Below are positions 50,205-58,945 of a stretch of 64,000 bases of DNA, in pieces. Every line of letters starts with the position of its first letter. The first letter of the stretch is position 1. The stretch covers positions 49,881 through 113,880 of the forward strand of contig JAPKGW010000011.1 of NCBI GenBank assembly GCA_026647365.1, read 5' to 3'. The position numbers were made by a program, and so were the translations under genes. The notes beneath the pieces were generated by a model that saw nothing but the letters and a program-made list of their open reading frames with translations, made no database searches and had not been told where the DNA came from. Source of the stretch: Phycisphaerales bacterium (GTDB taxonomy: Bacteria; Planctomycetota; Phycisphaerae; Phycisphaerales; UBA5793).

Positions 50205-50669
50205 TCAGCCGGTGCCGCCCGCGCGGTCGCGCCGCACGAAGCGCCTGAAGATGTCCTCCTGCTTGGCGAGGCGCTGCTCAAGTTCCGCGTTCCACTGCTT
50301 GAGGTCGCGGATTTCAAGATGGTCGCGCACGCCGATGAGCACCACGTCCTTTCCGATTCCCGCCCTCTCCATCATCCGGTCCGGCAAACGGATGCGCCCG
50401 GCCGAGTCCAGATCAAGTCGCCTGCTGAGCGGGAAGAGCAACTGGTCAAACTCCTGCACCGCTTCGTCCGTCACCAGGCCCTCTTCGATCATCGCCGCGA
50501 GTCGCTCAAAGCCCCTCTCCGGATACAGGCGAAGCGCGCGGTTGGCGCCGATCGTCAGGTAGAACGCCTCGCCATCCTCCTCCTTGTTCATGCGTGAGCG
50601 GATTTCAGAGGGGATGGCCATGCGTCCCTTCGCGTCGATCGTGTGTTCGTATTCGCCCGTGAACAACAC
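50205..50669 (-). CDS. mraZ: Transcriptional regulator MraZ
   Basis: (M)LFTGEYEHTIDAKGRMAIPSEIR plus a second SpoVT/AbrB-like half with DSAGRIRLPD. GTG 50669 or TTG 50666 start, preceded by GAGGA. Confidence 0.9.
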   Translation of the reverse strand: MLFTGEYEHTIDAKGRMAIPSEIRSRMNKEEDGEAFYLTIGANRALRLYPERGFERLAAMIEEGLVTDEAVQEFDQLLFPLSRRLDLDSAGRIRLPDRMMERAGIGKDVVLIGVRDHLEIRDLKQWNAELEQRLAKQEDIFRRFVRRDRAGGTG

Positions 50670-50731
50670 GATCCTGATCCTCTGGCGATTTGCAATCCGG
50701 TGCGAGACGCGATCCGAGAGCCGAGTGCGGG

Positions 50732-50760
50732 AAGATTAACCCACCATGCGACACTTTGCA
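50732..50760 (-). promoter_or_regulatory. Candidate sigma70-type promoter TTGCAA-N17-TAATCT upstream of mraZ
   Basis: The minus strand reads TTGCAAagtgtcgcatggtgggtTAATCT. The -10 ends about 62 nt upstream of the mraZ start. This is a pattern match only. Confidence 0.3.
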
Positions 50761-51026
50761 ACACTTCCAGACATTTTTCTTCGCAAATTGGTCGAAAAGT
50801 TCCACGCCATCCCCCAGCGCAGGTGAAACCGAGGCTCGGCACAGATTGCGCGAAGCCTCCAACACACTGTGGCGATTGAACTTGCGCACAATCTGCTGGC
50901 ACACCGTCGGCGACGGCGTGGTCCAGTTGCCACAGACCATTTGTGCAGAACAGGTGGACAACTGGTGCGACGTGCCGATTAGCGGGCGTCTCCAACGAGG
51001 AATAGCGCACGCTCGGGTGCGGTTGA

Positions 51027-52127
51027 ATGCCTTGGACGAAGCGCCGCGGACGGGCCGGCCGCTCCATCGTCCCAAGGCTCGCCGGGGGTTGCACGTTGCG
51101 ATCGCGAGGATCATGGCTGGTATCGATCTGCGTGGGCGTCAGCACGGGCCTGGCTGCGGCCGCAGTGGATGACATCCTCGCCGTGGGCACGGCCGGGGAT
51201 GTGTTCACGATCGACTCCGCCACGGGCCGCGGCGCTCTGCTCGATGGCGCACGACACTTTACCGGACTCAACTCGCTGGCAAAGGACGACCGCGGCGTGA
51301 TGTACTCCGCCTCTGGCGATTCGCTCATCCTCATCGACGAGTTCACAGGCTCAACCACGCGCCTCGCGACGCTGGGCGTCGATGATGTGCGCGGCCTTGC
51401 CTTCGCGCCGCATGGTTCGCTCTACGCCATCGACGACGGCGGCATCGCCATGCCCGATCGGCTTTACTCGATCGACCCCGCCACGGGCGCGGCGGCGCTC
51501 ATCGGCGCCACTTCCCACGCGCGCCTACAGGGCTTCGCCATCGATCACGCGGGCCGGGCCTTCGCATGGGACACCGAGCAAGGACTCCTCACCGTCGATC
51601 TCCTGTCGGGTGAATCCACCGATGTCAACGGCCTGGCGGACGGCACGCGCGACATCAACTCGCTGGCCTTCTCCGCCTCGGGCGAACTCTACGGCTGCCG
51701 GTATCTCTTCTTCAGGATCAATGCGGTCACCGGCGAGCGGAGCCTGATCGGGTCGGGCGGATATGCTGATGTTCGCGGCATGGCCTTCATCGGAGCAGCC
51801 AACGGGCGCGTCCTGCGCGTCTCGGGGCGTTGCCCCGGCGCCCTGACGGCCCAGTGGAGCGGCGCCGAGCCGAATCGACCGATGGCCCTGATCCTCGGCG
51901 CCCGGCGCGGCGACTTCGTCATTCCACCGGAGGCGCCATGCGCCGGAACGCTCCTCGGCGTCACGGGGCAGGTGCAGCTCGTGGATCCCCCGGGCGTGTT
52001 CAACAGCGGAACCGGCATCGGGACGATCACCGGAGTCGCAGGCACGAGCGTCTGCGGCCGATTCCTCCAGTTCATCGAGGGCCGGTCCTGCGCGGCGAGC
52101 AATGTTGCGCCCCTCCCACCCCGATAG
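51027..52127 (+). CDS. Secreted repeat protein (beta-propeller-like repeats) with a novel 4-Cys C-terminal domain
   Basis: Signal-like SWLVSICVGVSTGLAAAA. Recurrent motifs GLAFAPHGSLYAIDDGG, LYSIDPATGAAALIG and INSLAFSASGELYG. The C-terminal 107 aa align with the C-terminus of the 57440-58945 product. Confidence 0.6.
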   Translation: MPWTKRRGRAGRSIVPRLAGGCTLRSRGSWLVSICVGVSTGLAAAAVDDILAVGTAGDVFTIDSATGRGALLDGARHFTGLNSLAKDDRGVMYSASGDSLILIDEFTGSTTRLATLGVDDVRGLAFAPHGSLYAIDDGGIAMPDRLYSIDPATGAAALIGATSHARLQGFAIDHAGRAFAWDTEQGLLTVDLLSGESTDVNGLADGTRDINSLAFSASGELYGCRYLFFRINAVTGERSLIGSGGYADVRGMAFIGAANGRVLRVSGRCPGALTAQWSGAEPNRPMALILGARRGDFVIPPEAPCAGTLLGVTGQVQLVDPPGVFNSGTGIGTITGVAGTSVCGRFLQFIEGRSCAASNVAPLPPR

Positions 52128-52154
52128 GTTCGGGCGCCTTCGATCGAACCTTCC

Positions 52155-53333
52155 TCACGTTTCGATCAGCAAGGCGACCTGGCGCCGCATCGCCGCATCG
52201 AAGTGTTCGGACGAGAATCGCAGGGCATTGAAGCGACACGACTGGGCATCGACGTGCAATGACTCGAACCCCTTGATCGCCTCCGCCAGAGTTTCCGCGG
52301 TTGGTCGGTCGAAGGTGATCCCGACCTGCAGCGTCATCCAGTCCTCGGAGCCGCCGTGATCGAAGGCGATGACGGGGCAGCCGCACGCCATCGCTTCGAC
52401 AGGTACGAGGCCGAAGTCCTCGATGCCGGGGAAGATCAGTGCGCGTGCACTGCGATACTCGGCCCGGGCCTGCTCGCGATCGATCTCGCCGAGGAAGCAG
52501 ACAGTCGCCCCCGCGAGGCGCTCGAGGCGGCGCCTCTGCGAGCCGTCGCCTCCGATTCGCAACTGCACGCCGAGCCGGTTCGCCGCCTCGATCGCGAGAT
52601 CGATCCGCTTGTACGGTTCGAGCGCGGAGAGGACGAGATAGTGTTCGCCGCGCTCGATGGCCGGGTCGGGAGTGAAGAACTCCGTGTCAACCGGCGGATA
52701 AACGACGGTTGCCTCCCGCCCGTAACACTCGCGGATGGCGCGCGCCGTGTGTGTGCTGTTGGCGAGGAAGACGTCCACGCGATCGCAGGCGTCGCGGTCG
52801 TAGCGTCGCAGGCGAGGACCGGCGAGACGCAATCCCAGCAGTCGCGCCCGGCCCATCGCCCCTCCGCCGCCGTACTCGTCCGCGAGAGACCAGAGGTACC
52901 GGGCGGGGCAATGGCAGTAGCACAGGTGCGGGATGCGGCCTTCCCCCTCACGGCGCCGCGGCGGGCGGATCGCCTTGATCATCGCCGAACTTGTCGAGAT
53001 GAGCAGGTCGAAATGAGACTCGATGCGCAGCGACTCGACCGCGCGGGGATAGAACGGGAGGTACCATCGGCGCAGCGCCGTGCGCGCCAGCGGCCAGCGC
53101 TGGAGCGCGGACGTGTGGATGGTGCAGGCGTCAATGGCGCGGCTGTAGCGGCGCGAGGAGTCGTGGACCATCAGGTAGAGGTCGGTGGGGCCGAAGAGAG
53201 ACGCGAGGCGGTCGAGAACGCGCTCGCCTCCGCGCATGCCAACGAGCCAGTCGTGTGCAAGGGCAACGCGCGGTCGCGCCGGTGCTGAAGGGGCGCGGTC
53301 GTCATGGGGCCGGTTGACTACCATCGAATTCAT
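52155..53333 (-). CDS. Glycosyltransferase family 4 (GT-B fold)
   Basis: N-terminal ALAHDWLVGMRGGERVL and C-terminal EDFGLVPVEAMACGCPVIA (E-x7-E region). Start candidates are 53366, 53333 and 53324. Confidence 0.8.
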   Translation of the reverse strand: MNSMVVNRPHDDRAPSAPARPRVALAHDWLVGMRGGERVLDRLASLFGPTDLYLMVHDSSRRYSRAIDACTIHTSALQRWPLARTALRRWYLPFYPRAVESLRIESHFDLLISTSSAMIKAIRPPRRREGEGRIPHLCYCHCPARYLWSLADEYGGGGAMGRARLLGLRLAGPRLRRYDRDACDRVDVFLANSTHTARAIRECYGREATVVYPPVDTEFFTPDPAIERGEHYLVLSALEPYKRIDLAIEAANRLGVQLRIGGDGSQRRRLERLAGATVCFLGEIDREQARAEYRSARALIFPGIEDFGLVPVEAMACGCPVIAFDHGGSEDWMTLQVGITFDRPTAETLAEAIKGFESLHVDAQSCRFNALRFSSEHFDAAMRRQVALLIET

Positions 53334-54451
53334 TGATGCCACTGCAACGAACCGTCCATGCCGCAAACCTGCACGGCCTCGACTACCGCGCCGAGGCGAG
53401 GCGGCTGGGCACGCCCGTCCGCCCCATCATCGACATGCACACGCACATCAACGGCGAGCGGGCCACGCCGATCTACAAGCAGGCGGCGGACCTCTTCGGC
53501 GTGCGGCAAGTCTATTCCATGACGCACCTCGAACACGCGGATGTCGTGCGTGATGTATTCGGCGACTCGATCCGGTTCATCGCCGTGCCGAATTGGGGTG
53601 CGACCGACCGGCTCAAGGCGTTTACCACCGACTGGCTCGACCGCATCGAGCGCTACGCGGCGATCGGCTGCCGCATCTGCAAGTTCTGGGCGGCGCCACG
53701 CTCGCGCGACATCGGCCGCGAACTCGGCGAGCCCGATCTCTTCGCGCTCGACGGCCCCTGGCGCCGCCGCGCCATGGACATCGCGCGCGGGTGCGGCATG
53801 ATGTTCATGACCCACGTCGCCGATCCCGACACCTGGTTCGCCGCCAAGTACGCCGACGCCTCGCGCTACGGCACGAAACTCGACCAGTACAAACCCTTCG
53901 AGCGACTGCTCGACGAGTACGGCAACGTCCCGTGGATCGCGGCTCACATGGCCGGGAATCCGGAAGACCTCGACTTCCTCGACGCACTCCTCGCAAGACA
54001 CGACAACCTGTCCATCGACACCTCCGCGACAAAGTGGATGGTCCGTGAAATCTCACGTCATCCGCACGCGCGGCTCGTCGAGTTCCTCACGCGCTGGCGC
54101 GGGCGGATCATGTTCGGCTCGGACATCGTGACGACGGACGAGCACCTGCGGCCCACCGCTTCGCCCATGGGCATGGGTCATCTCGCCGGAAGCGCCGAGG
54201 AGGCGTTCGACCTCTACGCCAGCCGCTACTACGCCCAGCGCCTGATGTGGGAATCGGGCTGGAGCGGCCCGTCGCCCATCGCCGATCCCGATCTGGCGAT
54301 GGTGGAGCCGGAGCGGTATGACGCGCTCTCCTCGCCGCCCCTCGCCGGCCGCGCGCTCGCCCCCGACCTCCTGGCGAGCCTCTACCATGATGCGGCGGCG
54401 GATGTTCTCAACGCGTGGCATGAGTCGAAGTCGGTATTGAGTTCGCGTTGA
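53333..54451 (+). CDS. Amidohydrolase-family (TIM-barrel metal-dependent hydrolase) protein
   Basis: N-terminal metal motif IIDMHTHI, later HV/H ligand-like positions (MFMTHVADP, AAHMAG) and DTSA. Family-level call only. Confidence 0.7.
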   Translation: MMPLQRTVHAANLHGLDYRAEARRLGTPVRPIIDMHTHINGERATPIYKQAADLFGVRQVYSMTHLEHADVVRDVFGDSIRFIAVPNWGATDRLKAFTTDWLDRIERYAAIGCRICKFWAAPRSRDIGRELGEPDLFALDGPWRRRAMDIARGCGMMFMTHVADPDTWFAAKYADASRYGTKLDQYKPFERLLDEYGNVPWIAAHMAGNPEDLDFLDALLARHDNLSIDTSATKWMVREISRHPHARLVEFLTRWRGRIMFGSDIVTTDEHLRPTASPMGMGHLAGSAEEAFDLYASRYYAQRLMWESGWSGPSPIADPDLAMVEPERYDALSSPPLAGRALAPDLLASLYHDAAADVLNAWHESKSVLSSR

Positions 54452-55254
54452 ACTCGACAACCCGACTGTCATGCGGCGTTCCAGGCTGTGGAAGTGAGAG
54501 TGCGGTGACAGGACAAGGGAACACGCCTGCGTGTGCGGCACGGCTTGCGGTCCTGCTCATCAGTGCGGCGCTCGCAGCGGGCGGCGGCTGTGCCCGCACT
54601 GCAGCCACTGGACTGCTCCCCGGCTTTGAGCCGGCGCGCCTCCTTGGAGTCGAGCATGCGCCTGAACCGACCGCGGCCGAGGCGCTCGAGACTCTCATGC
54701 CCGGAGTCCGCACCTTCGCGCGGATCGAGGGCGGCGCCGTTGCCGCACTGGATACCATGACGATCGATTCAGCGGGCGATGGCGCGTGGCGATGCACCAT
54801 CGACGGACAGAGGGCGTCTCTCGTACGTTTCGACGGCGAGCAACTGCTCCTCGTCGAGACGATCGACTTTCCGAACCGGGCGGCAACGACCTTCGATCCG
54901 CCCGTGCCGCTGGCCTCTCAGGAAGCAGCGAATGACGCGGAACTGAACACGCGGCACCACGCGATCGTGCGGTCGCTCGGCGATGAGGCGCGGATCATCG
55001 ACCGCGGCACGGCGGAGCAGGTGCTCAGGCGCGAGCAGCACCAGGACCTGCGCTTGCCCGGCGGCGGAGTGTTCCGCGCTGCACGATTCACGCGCGAGTT
55101 CTCGCTCACGCTTCGCCGGGCGCACGTGATGGAGCGCACCACCTCGTGGTACGCGGCGAATCTTGGACTTGCAGCCGAACAGAGCCTCGAAGAAGTGCGC
55201 GTCCTCGGGCTGCTCGGCTGGCGCAAAGAGCGCCTCGTCGTCCGCGTGCCGTGA
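54448..55254 (+). CDS. Hypothetical lipoprotein
   Basis: Lipobox-like LISAALAAGGGC after a basic/hydrophobic N-region. The TTG start overlaps the upstream stop; an alternative GTG lies at 54505. Confidence 0.5.
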   Translation: MNSTTRLSCGVPGCGSESAVTGQGNTPACAARLAVLLISAALAAGGGCARTAATGLLPGFEPARLLGVEHAPEPTAAEALETLMPGVRTFARIEGGAVAALDTMTIDSAGDGAWRCTIDGQRASLVRFDGEQLLLVETIDFPNRAATTFDPPVPLASQEAANDAELNTRHHAIVRSLGDEARIIDRGTAEQVLRREQHQDLRLPGGGVFRAARFTREFSLTLRRAHVMERTTSWYAANLGLAAEQSLEEVRVLGLLGWRKERLVVRVP

Positions 55255-55332
55255 GAACAGGATGAGTGCATCCTAACCGGGTGCAATGCAGGACTACATC
55301 GAGTGCTGTGTCCGGCAGAACAAACGGGACAG

Positions 55333-55425
55333 AATAAACGGGACAGGTACATTTTATGTCTTGAATTATCAAGCAGTTAAGCAGAGTTTTCTGACAGAAA
55401 TAAATGTACCTGTCCCGTTTATTTT
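55333..55425. repeat. AT-rich ~92-nt palindromic element, copy B (inverted relative to copy A), preceded by a 12-nt partial duplicate
   Basis: aataaacgggacaggtacatttt...aaataaatgtacctgtcccgtttatttt. The partial duplicate is caaacgggacag at 55321-55332. About 35 percent GC in a two-thirds-GC background. Confidence 0.75.
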
Positions 55426-55583
55426 CCGCGCCAGCCGCGCGGGCGAGAGCCCTGGTGCGGGAAGTCTGCTCTTGTCCTCACGTTGATCTCTCCCGATGAT
55501 CGGGGAAGTGCCACAAATCCGGATTACGACCGATCTGACCATTCTCCGTCGGGTCGCACGCCTGCCAACTATGATCCCGCCCT

Positions 55584-56372
55584 GTGGCTGACACGAGCGA
55601 CACAACCGACGATCGCCCGGTCTGGGATGAACAGCGCCTCGCCGACCCCCATGCGGCACACGACAAGGCCGAGCGCATCGGCATGATGTTCGACGCGATC
55701 GCGGAGAGTTACGACCTCAACAACCGCATCCACTCCATGTGGCGTGACCAGGCGTGGCGGCGCAGGGCGGTGCGCCTGGCACAGGTTGTCTGCGGCAAAG
55801 ATGTGGTCGTCGACGTCGCCTGCGGCACGGGCGATCTCGCCTTCGCCTTCGCGCGCTCCAGTCCCGCGAAAGTCATCGGCATCGACTTCGTGCCGCGCAT
55901 GATCCGCCTGGCGCAGGAGAAGGCCGCGAAACTGGCCGACGGCATCACACCGGAGTTCCGCGTGGGTGACGCGATGCGACTCGACCTCCCCGATGCCTCC
56001 TGCGACATCGTGTCCATCGCCTTCGGCATCCGCAACGTCGCCGACCCTGCGCGGGCGATGCACGAGTTCCGGCGCATACTGCGTCCCGGCGGACGCCTCA
56101 TCATCCTCGAGTTCTCCACGCCGCCCAATCCATTCCTGAAGGTGTTGTATCACTTCTACTCCCACACGATCATGCCGCGCACGGCAACATGGATCAGCCG
56201 GGACCGGAGCGGGGCCTATAAGTATCTGCCTCGCTCGGTGGATACGTTTGCGACGCGCGCGGCGATGGTCGAGTTGATGACCGCCGCGGGTTTTTCCGAC
56301 GTGAAGGCCCATTCCATGACCTTCGGCGTGTGCGTGGGTTACGTCGGGCGCGTGTCTGGAGAAGCGGTCTAG
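55584..56372 (+). CDS. ubiE: Demethylmenaquinone/ubiquinone C-methyltransferase
   Basis: FDAIAESYDLNNRIHSMW.DQAWRR, SAM motif VVDVACGTGDLAF and LRPGGRLIILEFS. Confidence 0.9.
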   Translation: MADTSDTTDDRPVWDEQRLADPHAAHDKAERIGMMFDAIAESYDLNNRIHSMWRDQAWRRRAVRLAQVVCGKDVVVDVACGTGDLAFAFARSSPAKVIGIDFVPRMIRLAQEKAAKLADGITPEFRVGDAMRLDLPDASCDIVSIAFGIRNVADPARAMHEFRRILRPGGRLIILEFSTPPNPFLKVLYHFYSHTIMPRTATWISRDRSGAYKYLPRSVDTFATRAAMVELMTAAGFSDVKAHSMTFGVCVGYVGRVSGEAV

Positions 56373-56556
56373 ACCGGCCGCCCCCCCCTGCGCGGCGCGT
56401 TACCGGACACTCTTTGCGCGCTTCGAGGCGCGGCTCGCCTCCGGTCGATGAACCTCTCTCCAGCACGGTCCGGCATCGGACGAAGGAAGCCGATGCCCGG
56501 CCGCATTGCACGACGGTCCGCGGGGCCGGCGCCCAACCAGTACAGGAGACGAGGCA

Positions 56557-57258
56557 GTGAACAAGGAAGTGCTGATCGAGCGGCTGTTTCAGGCACTCAT
56601 TTCCGGTGACCGGACCGGAGCGCGAAACATCGTCCAGGAAACAATCGAGGCGGGCGTGCCCGCGGAGGAACTTCTCTCCGAGATCTTCTGGCCGACGCTC
56701 AGTCTGATTCAGAAACTCTTCCGCGCCGATCAACTCACCTGCCTCTCGCATCACTTCGCCACCCGACTCATGCGCTCCCTGGCTGATCAGGCGCAGGCGA
56801 GGTTGACCGTTGCATCGCCGAACGGGCGGCGCATTCTCGTGGTGTGCGGCGGAACGGAACAGGATGAACTCGCCGCGTCGATGGCTGTCGATCTCATCGA
56901 GGCGGGCGGCTTTGAAGTCGCCTTCGCGGGCGGCGGCGTGCCCTTCGACGAGATCATGTCTCGCGTGGGCGAAGAGCGGCCGGACATTCTCCTGCTCTTC
57001 AGTTCGGCCGCCAAGGACCTGCCCGAGATCCGCCGCATCATCGACGAACTTCACGAGATCAACGTCTGCCCCGAGATGCAGATCGTCGTCGGCGGCGGCG
57101 TGTACGGCCGTGCGGAAGGCCTGGCCGAAGAAATCGGCGCCGACCTCTACGTCCCCGACCTGCGCGACGTGGTCGGCCTGCTGCTTGAACGCAAGACCAA
57201 GCGGGCGGCAAGCGACCAGCGCACCGTCGGGCGTAAGCGCCGCGTCAAAGTGGCGTGA
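56557..57258 (+). CDS. B12-binding-domain-like protein (helical cap plus Rossmann-like domain) lacking the DxHxxG histidine
   Basis: The architecture resembles B12-binding_2 plus B12-binding. At the expected loop the sequence is VVCGGTEQDELAASMAV. GTG start 9 nt after GGAG. Confidence 0.6.
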   Translation: MNKEVLIERLFQALISGDRTGARNIVQETIEAGVPAEELLSEIFWPTLSLIQKLFRADQLTCLSHHFATRLMRSLADQAQARLTVASPNGRRILVVCGGTEQDELAASMAVDLIEAGGFEVAFAGGGVPFDEIMSRVGEERPDILLLFSSAAKDLPEIRRIIDELHEINVCPEMQIVVGGGVYGRAEGLAEEIGADLYVPDLRDVVGLLLERKTKRAASDQRTVGRKRRVKVA

Positions 57259-57439
57259 CACTCCACACCTGGACCTGGTCCGCCGGGCCGCGCGTCGCCG
57301 GACGACTCGCGGCCCGTCGTCTTTTCTCAGGATGCGGGAATGATTCCGTGAATCCGGACGGTTTTCACTTGGCGCGGCCGGAGAAATCTTGTACCATGAC
57401 CGCACACCGCTTCGTTCACCTGGAGAGGAGGAGAGAACC

Positions 57440-58945
57440 GTGCGCGCGAACGCGATCAGCACTCTCGCCGCGATGGGTCTCGCGGCCCTTTCATGCCGCG
57501 AGGTCGTTGCCGGTGAGATTCACGTCCCTCGCGACTTCCGCGACATCCAGGCCGCCATTGATGCCGCCGCTCCGGGCCAGAGCGTGGTCGTGGCCGACGG
57601 CGTCTGGACCGGGCGAGGCAACGCCAACATCACCTTCCGGGGCAAGGCGATCACCGTGCGCTCCGCCAACGGCCCGGCCGCATGCATCATCGATGCGCAG
57701 CGAGGCGGATCGGCCTTTGTCTTCAACGCGCGCGAAGGGGCCGATTCGGTCATCGAGGGCTTCACGCTGCGGGGCGCTTCACAGTCAGCCGTTCAGTGCC
57801 TCGGCGCAGGGCCGACGATTCGCGACTGCATCCTCAACGACAACTGGAACGGGCTGTATGGCGGCGGGCTTTTCGCCGATTCCGCCGCCTCGCCCCTCCT
57901 GATCGATTGCATCGTCAGCAACAACCTCGCGGGCATGGGCGCCGGCGCGGCCATTGTCCGCTCGCGCGCACGAATCGAGCGCTGCGAGTTCTTCGGCAAT
58001 CGCACGGACCTCTTCGGGGGCGGAGGCGTCGCGGCGACCGACGCGGCCGACGTCACCATCATCGACTCCGTCTTCCACGAAAACCAGGCCATCGGGTTCT
58101 CGGGCAACGGCTCGGGTGTACTCATCAGCCGCGCCACCGGGCTCGTCGTCAACAGCCTGTTCTACCGCAATACGGCGACGTTCATCGGGGGCGGACTCTC
58201 TTCGGTCCTGAGCACCACTCGCATCGTCAATTGCACCGTGTCCAACAACAGCGCAGCGGACTTCGGCAGCGGCCTGTACATTGACGGGAACACGAGCGTC
58301 GAGAACTCCATTTTCTGGAACAACATCGTTGATGAGATCTATGTCGCCGGCGGTTCGCCGACGGTCCGCTACAGCACGATTCGCAGGGGCTGGGTGGGCG
58401 AAGGCAACCGCTCCGACGACCCGCGATTCGTCGATGAGGGGGGCGACAACTACCGTCTCAGCGCCGCCTCGTCCGCAATCGACGCCGGAGACAACGGCGC
58501 GGTGCCGCAGGGCATCGACGTCGATCTCGACGGCAACCCGCGCTTCATTGATGATCCCGCGGCGCCCGACACCGGGCGCGGCACACCGCCGATCGTGGAC
58601 ATCGGCGCGTACGAGAGGCAGTCGGGCGGCGGCTTCGTCCTCGCCATCGTCGGCGACTGCCCCGGCCGCGTCAGGCTCCAGTGGTTCAACGCAGCGCCCG
58701 GCCGGCCGATGGGTATTGTCTTTGCGCGCAGCACCGGCAGTTTCAGGATCGTCGGCGGGCCGTGCGCCGGCACGCGCCTCGGACTTGGCGCGAATCAACT
58801 GCAATTGGTGACCGTGATCGGCACAGGCGGCGGCAGCGGGCAGATCAGCGCGACCATCGGCACCAACACGTGCCGGGGTCATGTGCAACTGGTCGTCAGC
58901 GACGGAAGCCCGTGTTCGACAAGCAATGTCGTGCAGTTGCCGTGA
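57440..58945 (+). CDS. Secreted right-handed parallel beta-helix repeat protein with the same novel 4-Cys C-terminal domain
   Basis: GTG start after GGAGAGGAGGAG, followed by a signal-like peptide. Beta-helix repeats (IEGFTLRG, IRDCILNDN, IDCIVSNN, IIDSVFHEN, VNSLFYRN, IVNCTVSNN, VENSIFWNN), then DPRFVD...YRLSAASSAIDAGDN...DIGAYE, then the 105-aa C-terminal domain. Confidence 0.8.
   Translation: MRANAISTLAAMGLAALSCREVVAGEIHVPRDFRDIQAAIDAAAPGQSVVVADGVWTGRGNANITFRGKAITVRSANGPAACIIDAQRGGSAFVFNAREGADSVIEGFTLRGASQSAVQCLGAGPTIRDCILNDNWNGLYGGGLFADSAASPLLIDCIVSNNLAGMGAGAAIVRSRARIERCEFFGNRTDLFGGGGVAATDAADVTIIDSVFHENQAIGFSGNGSGVLISRATGLVVNSLFYRNTATFIGGGLSSVLSTTRIVNCTVSNNSAADFGSGLYIDGNTSVENSIFWNNIVDEIYVAGGSPTVRYSTIRRGWVGEGNRSDDPRFVDEGGDNYRLSAASSAIDAGDNGAVPQGIDVDLDGNPRFIDDPAAPDTGRGTPPIVDIGAYERQSGGGFVLAIVGDCPGRVRLQWFNAAPGRPMGIVFARSTGSFRIVGGPCAGTRLGLGANQLQLVTVIGTGGGSGQISATIGTNTCRGHVQLVVSDGSPCSTSNVVQLP

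Noticed and set aside
50670-50900. MraZ operator boxes (spaced TGGGN direct repeats) upstream of mraZ.
   Set aside because: Only a single TGGGT was seen, within the candidate promoter spacer. No regularly spaced repeats are present.
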